Assembly (NCBI GenBank): GCA_963727625.1
Contig: CAVSHR010000008.1
Location: forward strand, 256,001-320,000
Reading direction: 5' to 3'
Origin: an uncultured delta proteobacterium
GTDB taxonomy: Bacteria > Desulfobacterota > Binatia > UBA9968
Length of the DNA stretch: 64,000 nucleotides
This document shows, piece after piece, positions 20,423-29,857 of this stretch. How positions within the stretch are numbered: the first letter of the stretch is position 1; each line of letters begins with the position of its first letter. The position numbers and the translations under genes were made by a program. The notes below the pieces were generated by a model. The model ran no database searches, was not told the origin of the DNA, and saw only the letters and a program-made list of their open reading frames with translations.

Positions 20423-21217
20423 ATGGAATCAACGATGTTTCATCTGCTCGCGTTTATCCTTGGAACTATGGTCGGCAGTTTTCTTAACGTCTGTATCGGG
20501 CGGATACCTAATGGCGAGTCTATTGTTCTGCCTTCGTCGCGCTGTCCGAAATGCCGCACGCCGATCGCGTTTTACGATAATATTCCACTGATCAGTTATC
20601 TGTTGCTCCGCGGCCGCTGCCGTTCCTGCGGAGAGACGATCTCGCCGCGCTATTTCGTCGTCGAGCTGCTTATGGCCGGGCTCTCGCTCGCGTTGTTTTA
20701 TCGCTTTGGATTTGGCTTTGTTTATTTCGCAAGCTTCCTCCTGGTCGCGGCCTTAATTGTGATATCCTTCATCGATCTGGATGTCCGGATCGTGCCTGAC
20801 GTCATCAGTCTGCCGGGAATTATCGTCGGCTTGTCCCTATCGGTCATCGGGTATTTCGTCGTCGGGGAGTCGATCGTCGTTCCTTCGCCGCTGAGTTCGG
20901 TGATCGGAATTATAACCGGCGGGGGATTTCTCCTGGCGACGGCATGGATTTACGAGAAAATTACCGGCGTTGAAGGCATGGGCGGTGGTGACATCAAGCT
21001 GCTGGCGATGATCGGGGCATTCTTAGGGTGGCCGGCGATCCCGATCACGCTGTTTTTTGCCTCGCTGGTCGGATCAATCGTCGGTCTAGGCTGCATGCTT
21101 CTTACCGGTGCGGGCCGAAGGCTCGCCTTGCCTTTTGCTCCGTTCCTTTGCTCCGGTGCCCTCCTCTTCATTTTCTTTGGGGAAGATCTCATCCGTTTTT
21201 ACTTGCCTCCCGGCTGA
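20423..21217 (+). CDS. pilD: Prepilin peptidase / N-methyltransferase
   Basis: GSFLNVCI, CPKC/CRSC zinc motifs, FIDLD, GMGGGDIKL and PFAPFL. Confidence 0.93.
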   Translation: MESTMFHLLAFILGTMVGSFLNVCIGRIPNGESIVLPSSRCPKCRTPIAFYDNIPLISYLLLRGRCRSCGETISPRYFVVELLMAGLSLALFYRFGFGFVYFASFLLVAALIVISFIDLDVRIVPDVISLPGIIVGLSLSVIGYFVVGESIVVPSPLSSVIGIITGGGFLLATAWIYEKITGVEGMGGGDIKLLAMIGAFLGWPAIPITLFFASLVGSIVGLGCMLLTGAGRRLALPFAPFLCSGALLFIFFGEDLIRFYLPPG

Positions 21218-21362
21218 TCACTCGTGCCGCCCGCCCGACAAATTCCGTCAATGTGACGCGCTTTGGCAGAGCCGCGAATTGGCCGGTTCACAATTCTAGG
21301 CAATTTAACTCTAATTCCCTGCCAAAACATGACATCTACGCAGCGACCAGACGGCCGGTTAA

Positions 21363-21379
21363 TTGGTGTGCGAATTGCA
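21363..21379 (+). promoter_or_regulatory. Candidate sigma54 promoter of the first minor-pilin operon
   Basis: TTGGTGTGCGAATTGCA gives GG(21365-6)-N10-GC(21377-8), about 80 bp upstream of the ATG. Confidence 0.5.
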
Positions 21380-21456
21380 CATCTATCGGGGTGCGTCGGA
21401 GATGCCGGTTACCCTGCATCGCGCCATTTCGGGAAGTTCTGGGAAGAGCAGAGATA

Positions 21457-21906
21457 ATGGTTAAGTTGAAGCGTCGTAGTCGACAAGTTTTAGCGGATCA
21501 CCGCGGATTCAGTCTTGCGGAAATGCTAGTTGCGATTTCCGTATTCGCCATTCTCGCGGCGATCGCAGTGCCTCAATACCTGGCGTTTCGCCCGCTAAAT
21601 CGCCTCAATGGCGCGGCCCGCCAGATCTATAGCGAGCTAATGTGGGCGCGCTCGAAAGCAGTCAACGAAAACAATTCTTACGTGGTCACTTTTCCAACCA
21701 ATCAAACAATGTTGATTTCCGGTTCGACCAGCAAAACCGTGAATATTCAGACCGAATATTCGGATGTGACCGTGAGCTCCACGGCATCGACGATCACATT
21801 TACTTCTCGAGGGACCGCCGATGCGAGTCCAACGATCACGTTGACGAACTCCGGCGGAACCAAGACGGTCACTGTAAGGATTACCGGGACGGTTAGCATC
21901 AGCTGA
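21457..21906 (+). CDS. Type IV minor pilin, FimT/GspH-like (set 1)
   Basis: Class III signal G|FSLAEML, and ARSKAV. Confidence 0.85.
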   Translation: MVKLKRRSRQVLADHRGFSLAEMLVAISVFAILAAIAVPQYLAFRPLNRLNGAARQIYSELMWARSKAVNENNSYVVTFPTNQTMLISGSTSKTVNIQTEYSDVTVSSTASTITFTSRGTADASPTITLTNSGGTKTVTVRITGTVSIS

Positions 21907-22340
21907 TGGCCGCGCTCATGACAACTTTGCTGAAATCACGGTTTGCTACCAACCAAGACGGATTCACTCTCATTGAAATCTTTATCGCGACCGTGTTGCT
22001 GACGATCGGTTTGTTAGGGACGGCGGCGCTCACGACTGGGGTCGTGCGTGGCAATCTCGCGAGTAGAAACATCACCTCCGCCACGGCGATTGCGCAATCA
22101 TGTTTTGAGGAGAATCGACGCGTGGGTTATGCGAGCGTCGGGGCGGTGCCAGCCGGAGGCTCTAATAGCTGCGTCTCCGGAACCGCGACGGTTGCGGCAG
22201 GCGGGGTTTCCTTTACCCGCACCTTAGCCATCGATGCCACGGTAGCAAACATAAAGACTCTGGCGGTAACGGTCAGTTGGTCGGAAGGGGCGGCGGGCCC
22301 GAAGTCTATTGTCTTGAGAACCGTCATGGCGGCAACATGA
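21906..22340 (+). CDS. Type IV minor pilin, PilV-like (set 1)
   Basis: G|FTLIEIF and VTVSW motifs. It overlaps the flanking genes. Confidence 0.85.
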   Translation: MAALMTTLLKSRFATNQDGFTLIEIFIATVLLTIGLLGTAALTTGVVRGNLASRNITSATAIAQSCFEENRRVGYASVGAVPAGGSNSCVSGTATVAAGGVSFTRTLAIDATVANIKTLAVTVSWSEGAAGPKSIVLRTVMAAT

Positions 22341-22969
22341 ACGGGCGCTTGTCCCGATATTCCAGCAGAGCCGACGGCTTCACGCTGATCGAAATAATGG
22401 TGTCCATGGCCATCAGTTTGATTATTTTGGCCGGGATCGCACGGACTTTTACGGTTCAAACCCGGCAGAATAGCGCCGAGGAGCAGGTCGGCCAGATGCA
22501 ACAAAACGTTCGCGGCGCGCTAGATCTGATGATTCGTGAAATCCAGATGGCAAAATACGATCCGGCTGGCTCAGCCTTTCCGGCGGGGACTTATGGTGTG
22601 ACCTACAGCGCGTCGCAGTTGGAAATCAAGTCGGACGTTTCCGATGGCAACGGGACCATCAACGTGTCGAGCGGCAGCGTTGAAGACATTATCTACGCTT
22701 ACGACAGCGCCAATGAGCGTATCACGCGGCAACTCGGTTCGGGCGGCACGGCGCAGATACTTGCCGACAACGTTACCGCATTCGCGTTTGCTTATTATGA
22801 TGCCAATGGCGACGCGGTAACTTCATCCGGTAATAGCGGGAATATCAGGAAAGTGACAATTGCGATCACGGCGAAGACCGCAAAGCCTGACCCGAGTTAC
22901 GCAAGCAACGGGGGCTATCGGACTTACCAACTGAGTACCGCTGTTACGCCGCCAAACTTGGCCTTGTAG
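22337..22969 (+). CDS. Type IV minor pilin, PilW-like (set 1)
   Basis: G|FTLIEIM, QQNVRGALDLMIREIQMAKYDP and LADNV. Confidence 0.85.
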   Translation: MNGRLSRYSSRADGFTLIEIMVSMAISLIILAGIARTFTVQTRQNSAEEQVGQMQQNVRGALDLMIREIQMAKYDPAGSAFPAGTYGVTYSASQLEIKSDVSDGNGTINVSSGSVEDIIYAYDSANERITRQLGSGGTAQILADNVTAFAFAYYDANGDAVTSSGNSGNIRKVTIAITAKTAKPDPSYASNGGYRTYQLSTAVTPPNLAL

Positions 22970-22990
22970 CAAGGAGTTTGAAAAATAAAC

Positions 22991-24148
22991 ATGATGCCCG
23001 CTCGAAAAATACTGTGTTGCCTGGAAAGCCGGTACACGAATAATCAAAACGGTATAATTCTGATCGTCGCCCTCACTCTCTTGACGGCGTTGATACTGGC
23101 CGGCGCTACGGCGTTTATCGTCGCGTCGACGGACGTCAAAGTCGGCGGCAACTTTCGAACCAATCAAACCGCATTGCAGGTCGCGATGGCCGGCGCGGAG
23201 CAGGCGCGCCAAACATTACGAGCGTCAAACACCGCCAGTTTGGTTACGACAGATTTCAGCGAAGAACTTGCCGCTCGCGTCGGCGCCAATGCTGCGCTCG
23301 ATGGATATACATCCTCCACTGATGATTCGCCCATCGCCTCTTCAAGCGGCTTGGTGCCCGGCTACCTCTACAACGCCTATCTGACGAACGACTCGAGCGA
23401 GGGTGCTTCGAACACTACCGACAGTAATGGCAAGGTCATGATCACCTCGGTGGCGACCGGGCCGAACAACTCCAAGGCGATGGTGCAGACTATCGTTCAG
23501 CTCTATTCCTTTTCTACGAGCAGTCCGGCGGTCATCTACTCTAAAGACAATGTCACTCTGAACGGCAGCGCCATCAGCGTCGAGGGGAGCGATCACGGCA
23601 GTTGCGGCGGCAGCAACCTTGCTCCGGTATATACGAAAGACCCGGCCACGACGACTCTAAACGGCGGCCCTTCGCTGTCCGGCAGCCCCTCTACGCCACA
23701 GAGCGGCACCACGAATATCGACTTACAAGCTATGGTGGACCAAATGAAGGGGGCCGCCGATTACACGCTGACCGCCGACGTTTCGGGCGCGACCTACGGC
23801 AGCTCGTCGAGCTACGTAACGGTTTACGCCGATGCCCTGGCCACCCAAGCCGATCAGGAACTGAGGCTCAATAATGTTACGGGGTACGGTGTTCTCATCG
23901 TCAAGGGCGATCTGCAATTAGCCGGTAATATAAACTGGCATGGCATCATTATCGTGACCGGAGTCACGACCTCGTCCGGCGGTGGATCAAATTCCAAAAA
24001 CATTGAGGGTCAGATTTACACGGGAAGCTCATCGCTCGGGGACACCGCCATAAGCGGCAACATTGATGTCGAATACAATAGCTGCGCTGTCAAAAAAGCG
24101 CTTTCCAGCCAGCCGCTGAAACTGGTTAATTGGAGGCAGAACTATTGA
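22991..24148 (+). CDS. Type IV minor pilin, PilX-like (set 1)
   Basis: G|IILIVAL lacks Glu5, as is typical of PilX. It also has AMAGAEQA and a C-terminal WRQ. Confidence 0.8.
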   Translation: MMPARKILCCLESRYTNNQNGIILIVALTLLTALILAGATAFIVASTDVKVGGNFRTNQTALQVAMAGAEQARQTLRASNTASLVTTDFSEELAARVGANAALDGYTSSTDDSPIASSSGLVPGYLYNAYLTNDSSEGASNTTDSNGKVMITSVATGPNNSKAMVQTIVQLYSFSTSSPAVIYSKDNVTLNGSAISVEGSDHGSCGGSNLAPVYTKDPATTTLNGGPSLSGSPSTPQSGTTNIDLQAMVDQMKGAADYTLTADVSGATYGSSSSYVTVYADALATQADQELRLNNVTGYGVLIVKGDLQLAGNINWHGIIIVTGVTTSSGGGSNSKNIEGQIYTGSSSLGDTAISGNIDVEYNSCAVKKALSSQPLKLVNWRQNY

Positions 24149-24708
24149 GTTCTCTGATCGAGGGCGGTTTCGACGGCGTTGGCGATTTCATTAGCGCCGT
24201 TGAATTCGCGTCCGTACTTGACAAACAGTTTGCTATCTCTGGAAAGTTTATTTTTAAAAGCGGTAATTTGATTCAACAGCTCGCGGATTTCGCTGGTAAG
24301 CATTCCATCGACTTCCTTCGACTTTTCTTTCAACCGATTAAACTCTCCAACGATAGGATCGTCGGCTTCCCGTTTGGTCTCGATCTTCTTTGCCGCGGCC
24401 GGCTGCTTGCCAGCGGAATCGTTGTTCTGCCTTGATAAATCAGGCGTGTTCCTGTCTGCCGGGTCACGGTCGCCGACGGCGGCAATCCGACCGGTCTGGT
24501 CCGCCTTCTCAATTTTTAAGACGAAGGATTTTTCGACACCGAATACCCCGCCGTAGGTGTCAAAAAGCACCTGGCCGCCTTCATGCCAATAGCGCGCCGT
24601 GACATATTCATTGCCGTTCTTGAGCCTGATGACATAGGCGGCGTGGGCGCTTTCAATCCCGCCAACCAATGCCATCGCTACCGCAACGTATATCAATCTC
24701 TTGCCCAT
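24142..24708 (-). CDS. Hypothetical exported protein between the two pilin sets
   Basis: Signal peptide ending AHA, followed by YVIRLKNG and a helical C-terminus. Confidence 0.6.
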   Translation of the reverse strand: MGKRLIYVAVAMALVGGIESAHAAYVIRLKNGNEYVTARYWHEGGQVLFDTYGGVFGVEKSFVLKIEKADQTGRIAAVGDRDPADRNTPDLSRQNNDSAGKQPAAAKKIETKREADDPIVGEFNRLKEKSKEVDGMLTSEIRELLNQITAFKNKLSRDSKLFVKYGREFNGANEIANAVETALDQRTQ

Positions 24709-24852
24709 CCCGGCTCCCAAGGTAAAATATAAAGTCATTTTAACATTGATGGCAGCCATCGCGAAAGTGTATTCCGATGGTTGCAAGAACGTTATTTTCG
24801 CTTGACACTCCTATCGCCGCGGCAGTATTTTCCGCCAATCTCGGAGGGGGCC

Positions 24853-25302
24853 ATGAAGAGGTCGATTCGAGGCAGTGGGTTCTCGACTATCGAGTTGGCG
24901 GTCGTCTTGGCGATCGTGGCAATTGTCACAGCTATAGCACTACCCGGCTGGAAGAGCTGGTCCCACAGCGCTGCCTTAAACAGCTCCATGCGGCAAATCC
25001 AATCGGAGCTTCACGCGATCAAAATGCGCGCCGCCGCCGAAAACATTGGATTTCAGTTCACCTATCTACAAGACGCCGGTGAATACACCATCCAGCGAGA
25101 TTCAAAGCCGCTGCAAACCAAGCCGATAACCCAGGGGACTATTATAACCAAAGCCGGCACGATTTCGTTTTCTCCGCGGGGAACCGCAGGCGGGAATCGG
25201 GTGCGGCTGCGCAACGCAGCCGGCGCCTGCCGGCAAATCGTCGTCAGCGCGACGGGGCGGGTTAGAGTTTGCACGCCGAGCAGCTGCACGGAAAATTGTT
25301 AA
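24853..25302 (+). CDS. Type IV minor pilin, FimT/GspH-like (set 2)
   Basis: G|FSTIELA, ISFSPRG and VSATGRVR motifs, with RBS GGAGG. Confidence 0.8.
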   Translation: MKRSIRGSGFSTIELAVVLAIVAIVTAIALPGWKSWSHSAALNSSMRQIQSELHAIKMRAAAENIGFQFTYLQDAGEYTIQRDSKPLQTKPITQGTIITKAGTISFSPRGTAGGNRVRLRNAAGACRQIVVSATGRVRVCTPSSCTENC

Positions 25303-25321
25303 CCGGGTGGGAGTTCGTCGA

Positions 25322-25717
25322 ATGGCTCACAGAAGAGAAGACGGTTTCACCTTCAACGAACTGCTCGCGGCGATGGGCATCGTGGTCGTGGTCATCATGG
25401 GGTATTCGCTCGCCAGCGTTAATCTGATTCGTCGGCAGATTGTTAGTGATCATTCGAGCGTGGCGATTCATCTGGCACAGGACAAGATAGAAGAGTTGCA
25501 AGCCCGCCAAACGCTCGGCGATAGCGACTCTTGTCCCGATGCTGGAGACATTGGCCTTTCACCCAAGACCGGCGTAACGGGAATATTCGATCGCTGTTGG
25601 AGAATCGCCACGTCATCCCTCGGATCAGCGCTGAAGCAAATCGATGTGACCGTTTCATGGCGCGATCATGAAGCCCATAAATTGACGCTCTCAACGCTTT
25701 ACTTTACCGGAGAGTAA
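25322..25717 (+). CDS. Type IV minor pilin, PilV-like (set 2)
   Basis: G|FTFNELL, LAQDKIEEL and VTVSW. Confidence 0.8.
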   Translation: MAHRREDGFTFNELLAAMGIVVVVIMGYSLASVNLIRRQIVSDHSSVAIHLAQDKIEELQARQTLGDSDSCPDAGDIGLSPKTGVTGIFDRCWRIATSSLGSALKQIDVTVSWRDHEAHKLTLSTLYFTGE

Positions 25718-25719
25718 GC

Positions 25720-26370
25720 ATGACGCGCATCACCGCCGGCGAGCGCGGCGCGACCTTGATCGAACAGATAATGGCGTTGTTGATCGGCGCGGTGATGATC
25801 ACGTCACTCTACGGATACTTTCGCAACGAACTTTACAATACTCTGGTCCTGGAGGTGAAAACCGGCGCGCTCGAGGACGCCCGCGGGGCGATGGATATCA
25901 TGATTGGCGATTTGAAGAACGCCGGTTCGTGGGGCAGCGGCAGCGCGCCGTTGGAGACCGGCATCGCCGACGACCCGGGCAACGACGCGGACAACCTCTG
26001 TAACCGAATCTACGCCGCCAACGCCGGGTTATTGCATGTGCAGATGGACCTGAATGGAAACGGCAACTGCGCCGACACCGAACCGCGCGAGAATGTTCGC
26101 TACGAGTTAACCGGGCCGACTTCTACTTGTTCCGGCAATTACATCATTCGGCGTAACGGCGATTGCCTGGTAGCCAACGTCGCGCCGGCGTCGGCGGGTA
26201 AGATTTTCTCATTTTACGACGCCGATGGAGTCGATCTTGGCGATACACCGGCCCTCGATGCCGTCAAGCGGGTCAAGATCACTTTCGCTGTTCGAGTAAA
26301 AAATCCCGACCCAAAACAGACGAACAAGCTGACCGCGGCATTTTCGAGCAGCGTCGAATTTCGCAACTGA
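25720..26370 (+). CDS. Type IV minor pilin, PilW-like (set 2)
   Basis: G|ATLIEQI, ARGAMDIMIGDLKNAG and a terminal VEFRN. Confidence 0.8.
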   Translation: MTRITAGERGATLIEQIMALLIGAVMITSLYGYFRNELYNTLVLEVKTGALEDARGAMDIMIGDLKNAGSWGSGSAPLETGIADDPGNDADNLCNRIYAANAGLLHVQMDLNGNGNCADTEPRENVRYELTGPTSTCSGNYIIRRNGDCLVANVAPASAGKIFSFYDADGVDLGDTPALDAVKRVKITFAVRVKNPDPKQTNKLTAAFSSSVEFRN

Positions 26371-26380
26371 ATCGATTCAT

Positions 26381-27550
26381 ATGAAAGCAAACCGCACGGG
26401 ATTGTGGCATGAGCGCGGAATGGTTCTGATGAGCTCCCTGGCCATTCTGTTCGTGCTGATGGTCGTCGGGATCGGTATCAGGACCATGTTGCAGAATGAT
26501 TACCGGGTGTTGGCCAATCTGCGCGAGAGCACAGAAGCGTTCTATTTCTCGGTAGCCGGCATGGAATGGAGCAAGACTGAAATCGCCCGGGTGACAGACT
26601 TCCCGCCGCTTCCGACTAATCAGACGAAGAATTTTTCCACCGGCGAGTTTGCCGTTTCATTTGTTTCTTCAAATATCGCCGGACCTTTTGCGGCGAAGAT
26701 CGTGGTGCGATCGGTCGGCGCCAGAGGGACGTCCCAGCATGTCCTTCAAGCCCAATTGACCAAGTCCTATGATCTGAGCGACGCGGCGCTGGGACTTAGG
26801 GGAAACGGCTATCGAGTCAATCTTAGCGGTGATTCAATCTTCATCTCGGGCGCCGATCACGATCCGAGCAACGGAAATCTTGTTTCCGCGGCTAAGTCGC
26901 GGATCTCGGTTTCGACTTCCGATGATGCGCTGCAGGGGTTGGTGCAACAAGGCCTTGGGGACCCGCCGCAACCCGGAATTATCGATAATAGCGGTGGCAT
27001 CCAGGCTATTGCGACCAGCAGCTACTTACCCGCTGCCTTTGTTTCTCAACTGGCCAACCAACTTTGCTCTTCTCCAGAGGCGACCGCGCATGCGATCCCA
27101 GGCAGCGGCAGCCTGACCATCGAAAACCAATCCTGGGGTGCCCAGGTTTCGCCTCAGCTACACTGCGTCGAAGGTTTATCGGCATCGGGCGACGCCGTTA
27201 GCTTGGCGGGTGTTAGGGGTGCAGGCATTGTGGTGGTCAAAGATGCGGACTTGATTTTGACCGGCGCCGTTCGCTGGGAGGGGCTTATTTTAGTAACCGG
27301 AAATGATGTCAGTCTAAAGGCGACTGGTACAAGCAGCAAAGATTTGCTTGGCGCTGTGATTGTAAACGAGACTGGTGTTCCTGGAGCAAACCGTGCAGTT
27401 TTTGATGTCGAAGGTAACCTGCGCGTACTATTTAGCCGCACAGCCCTTAACCGGGCCGCGCCTTTGGTTCCCGCGGCATCGCTTAGCTCTGCCTACGCAT
27501 CCTTACCTTGTGTCATTTCGCAGGACTACTGGCGCTCCGTTACGCCGTAA
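26381..27550 (+). CDS. Type IV minor pilin, PilX-like (set 2)
   Basis: G|MVLMSSL and AGMEWSK. It shares the GxGILVVxxDL..WEGLILVTG block with set-1 PilX. Confidence 0.75.
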   Translation: MKANRTGLWHERGMVLMSSLAILFVLMVVGIGIRTMLQNDYRVLANLRESTEAFYFSVAGMEWSKTEIARVTDFPPLPTNQTKNFSTGEFAVSFVSSNIAGPFAAKIVVRSVGARGTSQHVLQAQLTKSYDLSDAALGLRGNGYRVNLSGDSIFISGADHDPSNGNLVSAAKSRISVSTSDDALQGLVQQGLGDPPQPGIIDNSGGIQAIATSSYLPAAFVSQLANQLCSSPEATAHAIPGSGSLTIENQSWGAQVSPQLHCVEGLSASGDAVSLAGVRGAGIVVVKDADLILTGAVRWEGLILVTGNDVSLKATGTSSKDLLGAVIVNETGVPGANRAVFDVEGNLRVLFSRTALNRAAPLVPAASLSSAYASLPCVISQDYWRSVTP

Positions 27551-27748
27551 AGCAGAAGACCTAAAACTCCAATTTACAACCGGACCGCAAGATGGTAAAT
27601 TCTCAATCTACAACACTTTGGAAGCCCTGATATGGCCAGCGGCGGGTTTCCTTGCCTTGGTCACAGCCGAGTTTTGGATTATTCTATGCGTTCCTCGGGG
27701 CCGGTTGCTGACCATTTGAATAAGGACGGGGCGCGAGAGGGAGCAAGC

Positions 27749-28132
27749 ATGGATACAAAAAAAACCATTATGGTGGTTGACGATAACCCCGATATCATCA
27801 CGATCGTCAAAACCATTTTGGAAGGGCGCGGCTATACTGTTTTCAGCGCTGCCAGCGGTCCGGAACTGTTAAATATGTTGCCGAATCAGAAGCCGGACTT
27901 GATCATTTTAGATATCATGATGCCGGAGATGGACGGTCTCGAAGTGCTAACTCGGCTGAAGGGCAAGAATGAGACGGCGACGATCCCGGTTATTTTGCTG
28001 ACGGCCAAAGTTCAGTACGAGGACGTTCTCGGTGGCTACAAGCTGGGCGCCGATTATTACATTACTAAACCGTTCACCAGCACCCAGCTGGTCAATGGCA
28101 TCAATCTGCTCTTGGGTGAGGCCAAGGCATAA
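27749..28132 (+). CDS. Single-domain response regulator (receiver)
   Basis: VVDD, LIILDIMMP, LLTA and ITKPF motifs. Confidence 0.9.
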   Translation: MDTKKTIMVVDDNPDIITIVKTILEGRGYTVFSAASGPELLNMLPNQKPDLIILDIMMPEMDGLEVLTRLKGKNETATIPVILLTAKVQYEDVLGGYKLGADYYITKPFTSTQLVNGINLLLGEAKA

Positions 28133-28229
28133 CCGGCCCGCCGGGTTTAATCTATCATCCTAAGGCCTCCGTTTCCGCTTTTCATTGCCGGTTTGCATCT
28201 TCCGGTCGTTTTATTCATTGTGCTTGTGC

Positions 28230-28874
28230 ATGATCCGATTCATCACGTTCGAAGGGGGCGATGGAACCGGCAAAACCACGCAAATCCAGACCCTTGAGAA
28301 GTATTTGCATGAGCTGAAGCGGGCCTGCGTGGTCACCCGCGAGCCCGGCGGCACGGCGCTCGGCAGGCTGATCCGGAAGGTGTTGCTGGAAGTCGGCGAG
28401 AGCGAGATTGCCGCGTCGACCGAGCTCTTCTTATACTTGGCGGACCGGGCACAGCATGTCAATGAAATTGTCCGGCCGGCGATCGAATCGGGGATAACAG
28501 TGCTTTGCGATCGCTTCACCGATTCGACGCTGGCCTATCAAGGTTATGGGCGCGGTCTCGATTTAATCTGGTTGCGCCGCCTGAACGAAACGGCCGGCGG
28601 GGGAATGAGTCCCGACTTGACACTTTTATTCGATTGTCCGGTGGAAATTGGCTTGGCGCGCACGGCCCAGCGACGTGCACAGTCTAAAAGCGACCGGCCC
28701 CAAGAGGATCGATTTGAGCGGGAGAAGCTCGAATTTCACGAGAGAGTGCGGCAGGGCTTTCTTGAACTCGCCAGGGCTGAGCCGGGCCGCTTTCGAGTCA
28801 TTGACGCGTCCGGTTCCATCGAGCAGGTGACTGAACAGGTTCGCGAATTGATCGATCGGGAAGTTGTGCAATGA
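28230..28874 (+). CDS. tmk: Thymidylate kinase
   Basis: FITFEGGDGTGKTT, TREPGGT and CDRFTDSTLAYQG. Confidence 0.95.
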   Translation: MIRFITFEGGDGTGKTTQIQTLEKYLHELKRACVVTREPGGTALGRLIRKVLLEVGESEIAASTELFLYLADRAQHVNEIVRPAIESGITVLCDRFTDSTLAYQGYGRGLDLIWLRRLNETAGGGMSPDLTLLFDCPVEIGLARTAQRRAQSKSDRPQEDRFEREKLEFHERVRQGFLELARAEPGRFRVIDASGSIEQVTEQVRELIDREVVQ

Positions 28875-29857
28875 GTTTCGCTGATGTGGTCGGACATGCA
28901 AAGCAGCTGGAAACCTTGCGCGCCGCATTGGCAAGCCAACGGCTGCACCATGCCTATCTCTTCCTTGGCTCCGAGGGAGTCGGTAAACGGACTGTTGCCC
29001 TGGCTCTGGCGAAGGCTATTCACTGCGACGAGTCGAACGGCGACTCTTGCGGCCGTTGCGTCAACTGCGCCAGAATCGACGACGCTAACCACCCCGATGT
29101 CCGGGTCATCGAGCCTTCGGCAGGGAAGAAAGAGATCAGTATTCAACAGATCCGCGAGCTCGAGCGCGAATTGCGTTATTGCTCGTTTGGCGGCGAGCGT
29201 AAAATCGCTATCGTCGATCCGGCTACTTTGATGAACGCGTCGGCGCAAAACGCGCTGCTCAAGACTCTTGAAGAGCCGCCGGAAAACTCCCTCATTATTC
29301 TCATCGCGCCCAACGGCGGCAGGCTCTTGCCGACCTTGCGATCGCGTTGCCTGCGGCTGTCCTTCGCCCCTTTGCCGCGCGCAGAAGTGGCGGCATTCTT
29401 GAAGAACAATCGCGGCGTCAAAGCGGGCGACGCCGAATTTCTTGCGGCGATGAGCATGGGCAGCATCGGCGTGGCAGCCAATCTCGATCAAGCAACCTTG
29501 ATCGAGAAACGGCGCATTTGGTCGGGCACGCTCAGCGCGTTAAAATCCGGCGATTATCGCTCTGCCAGTGCGGCGGCGGAGGCGCTCGGCGCAGGTCGCG
29601 ATGAAGCGCTGGAATTTCTCCGATGGGCGGAAAGTTGGTACCGGGATTTGATCGTTCATGGGGTGACGCATAACGCGGATGAGCTGGTGAACTTAGACAT
29701 GCTGGAGCAGATCGAACAGCAGGGGGCGGCGGTCGGCGCGGAGCGCGCGCTCGACGCGATGGCGCGGATCGCCGACGCCACTGGCGGGATTCATCGAAAC
29801 TTAAATCGGCGGATGGTGCTGGAGAGATTTTTATTCGGCGTGGTCGGGGAACGTTGA
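28871..29857 (+). CDS. holB: DNA polymerase III subunit delta'
   Basis: HAYLFLG, Zn motif CGRCVNC, HPD, NALLKTLEEP and LPTLRSRC. It follows tmk. Confidence 0.93.
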   Translation: MSFADVVGHAKQLETLRAALASQRLHHAYLFLGSEGVGKRTVALALAKAIHCDESNGDSCGRCVNCARIDDANHPDVRVIEPSAGKKEISIQQIRELERELRYCSFGGERKIAIVDPATLMNASAQNALLKTLEEPPENSLIILIAPNGGRLLPTLRSRCLRLSFAPLPRAEVAAFLKNNRGVKAGDAEFLAAMSMGSIGVAANLDQATLIEKRRIWSGTLSALKSGDYRSASAAAEALGAGRDEALEFLRWAESWYRDLIVHGVTHNADELVNLDMLEQIEQQGAAVGAERALDAMARIADATGGIHRNLNRRMVLERFLFGVVGER

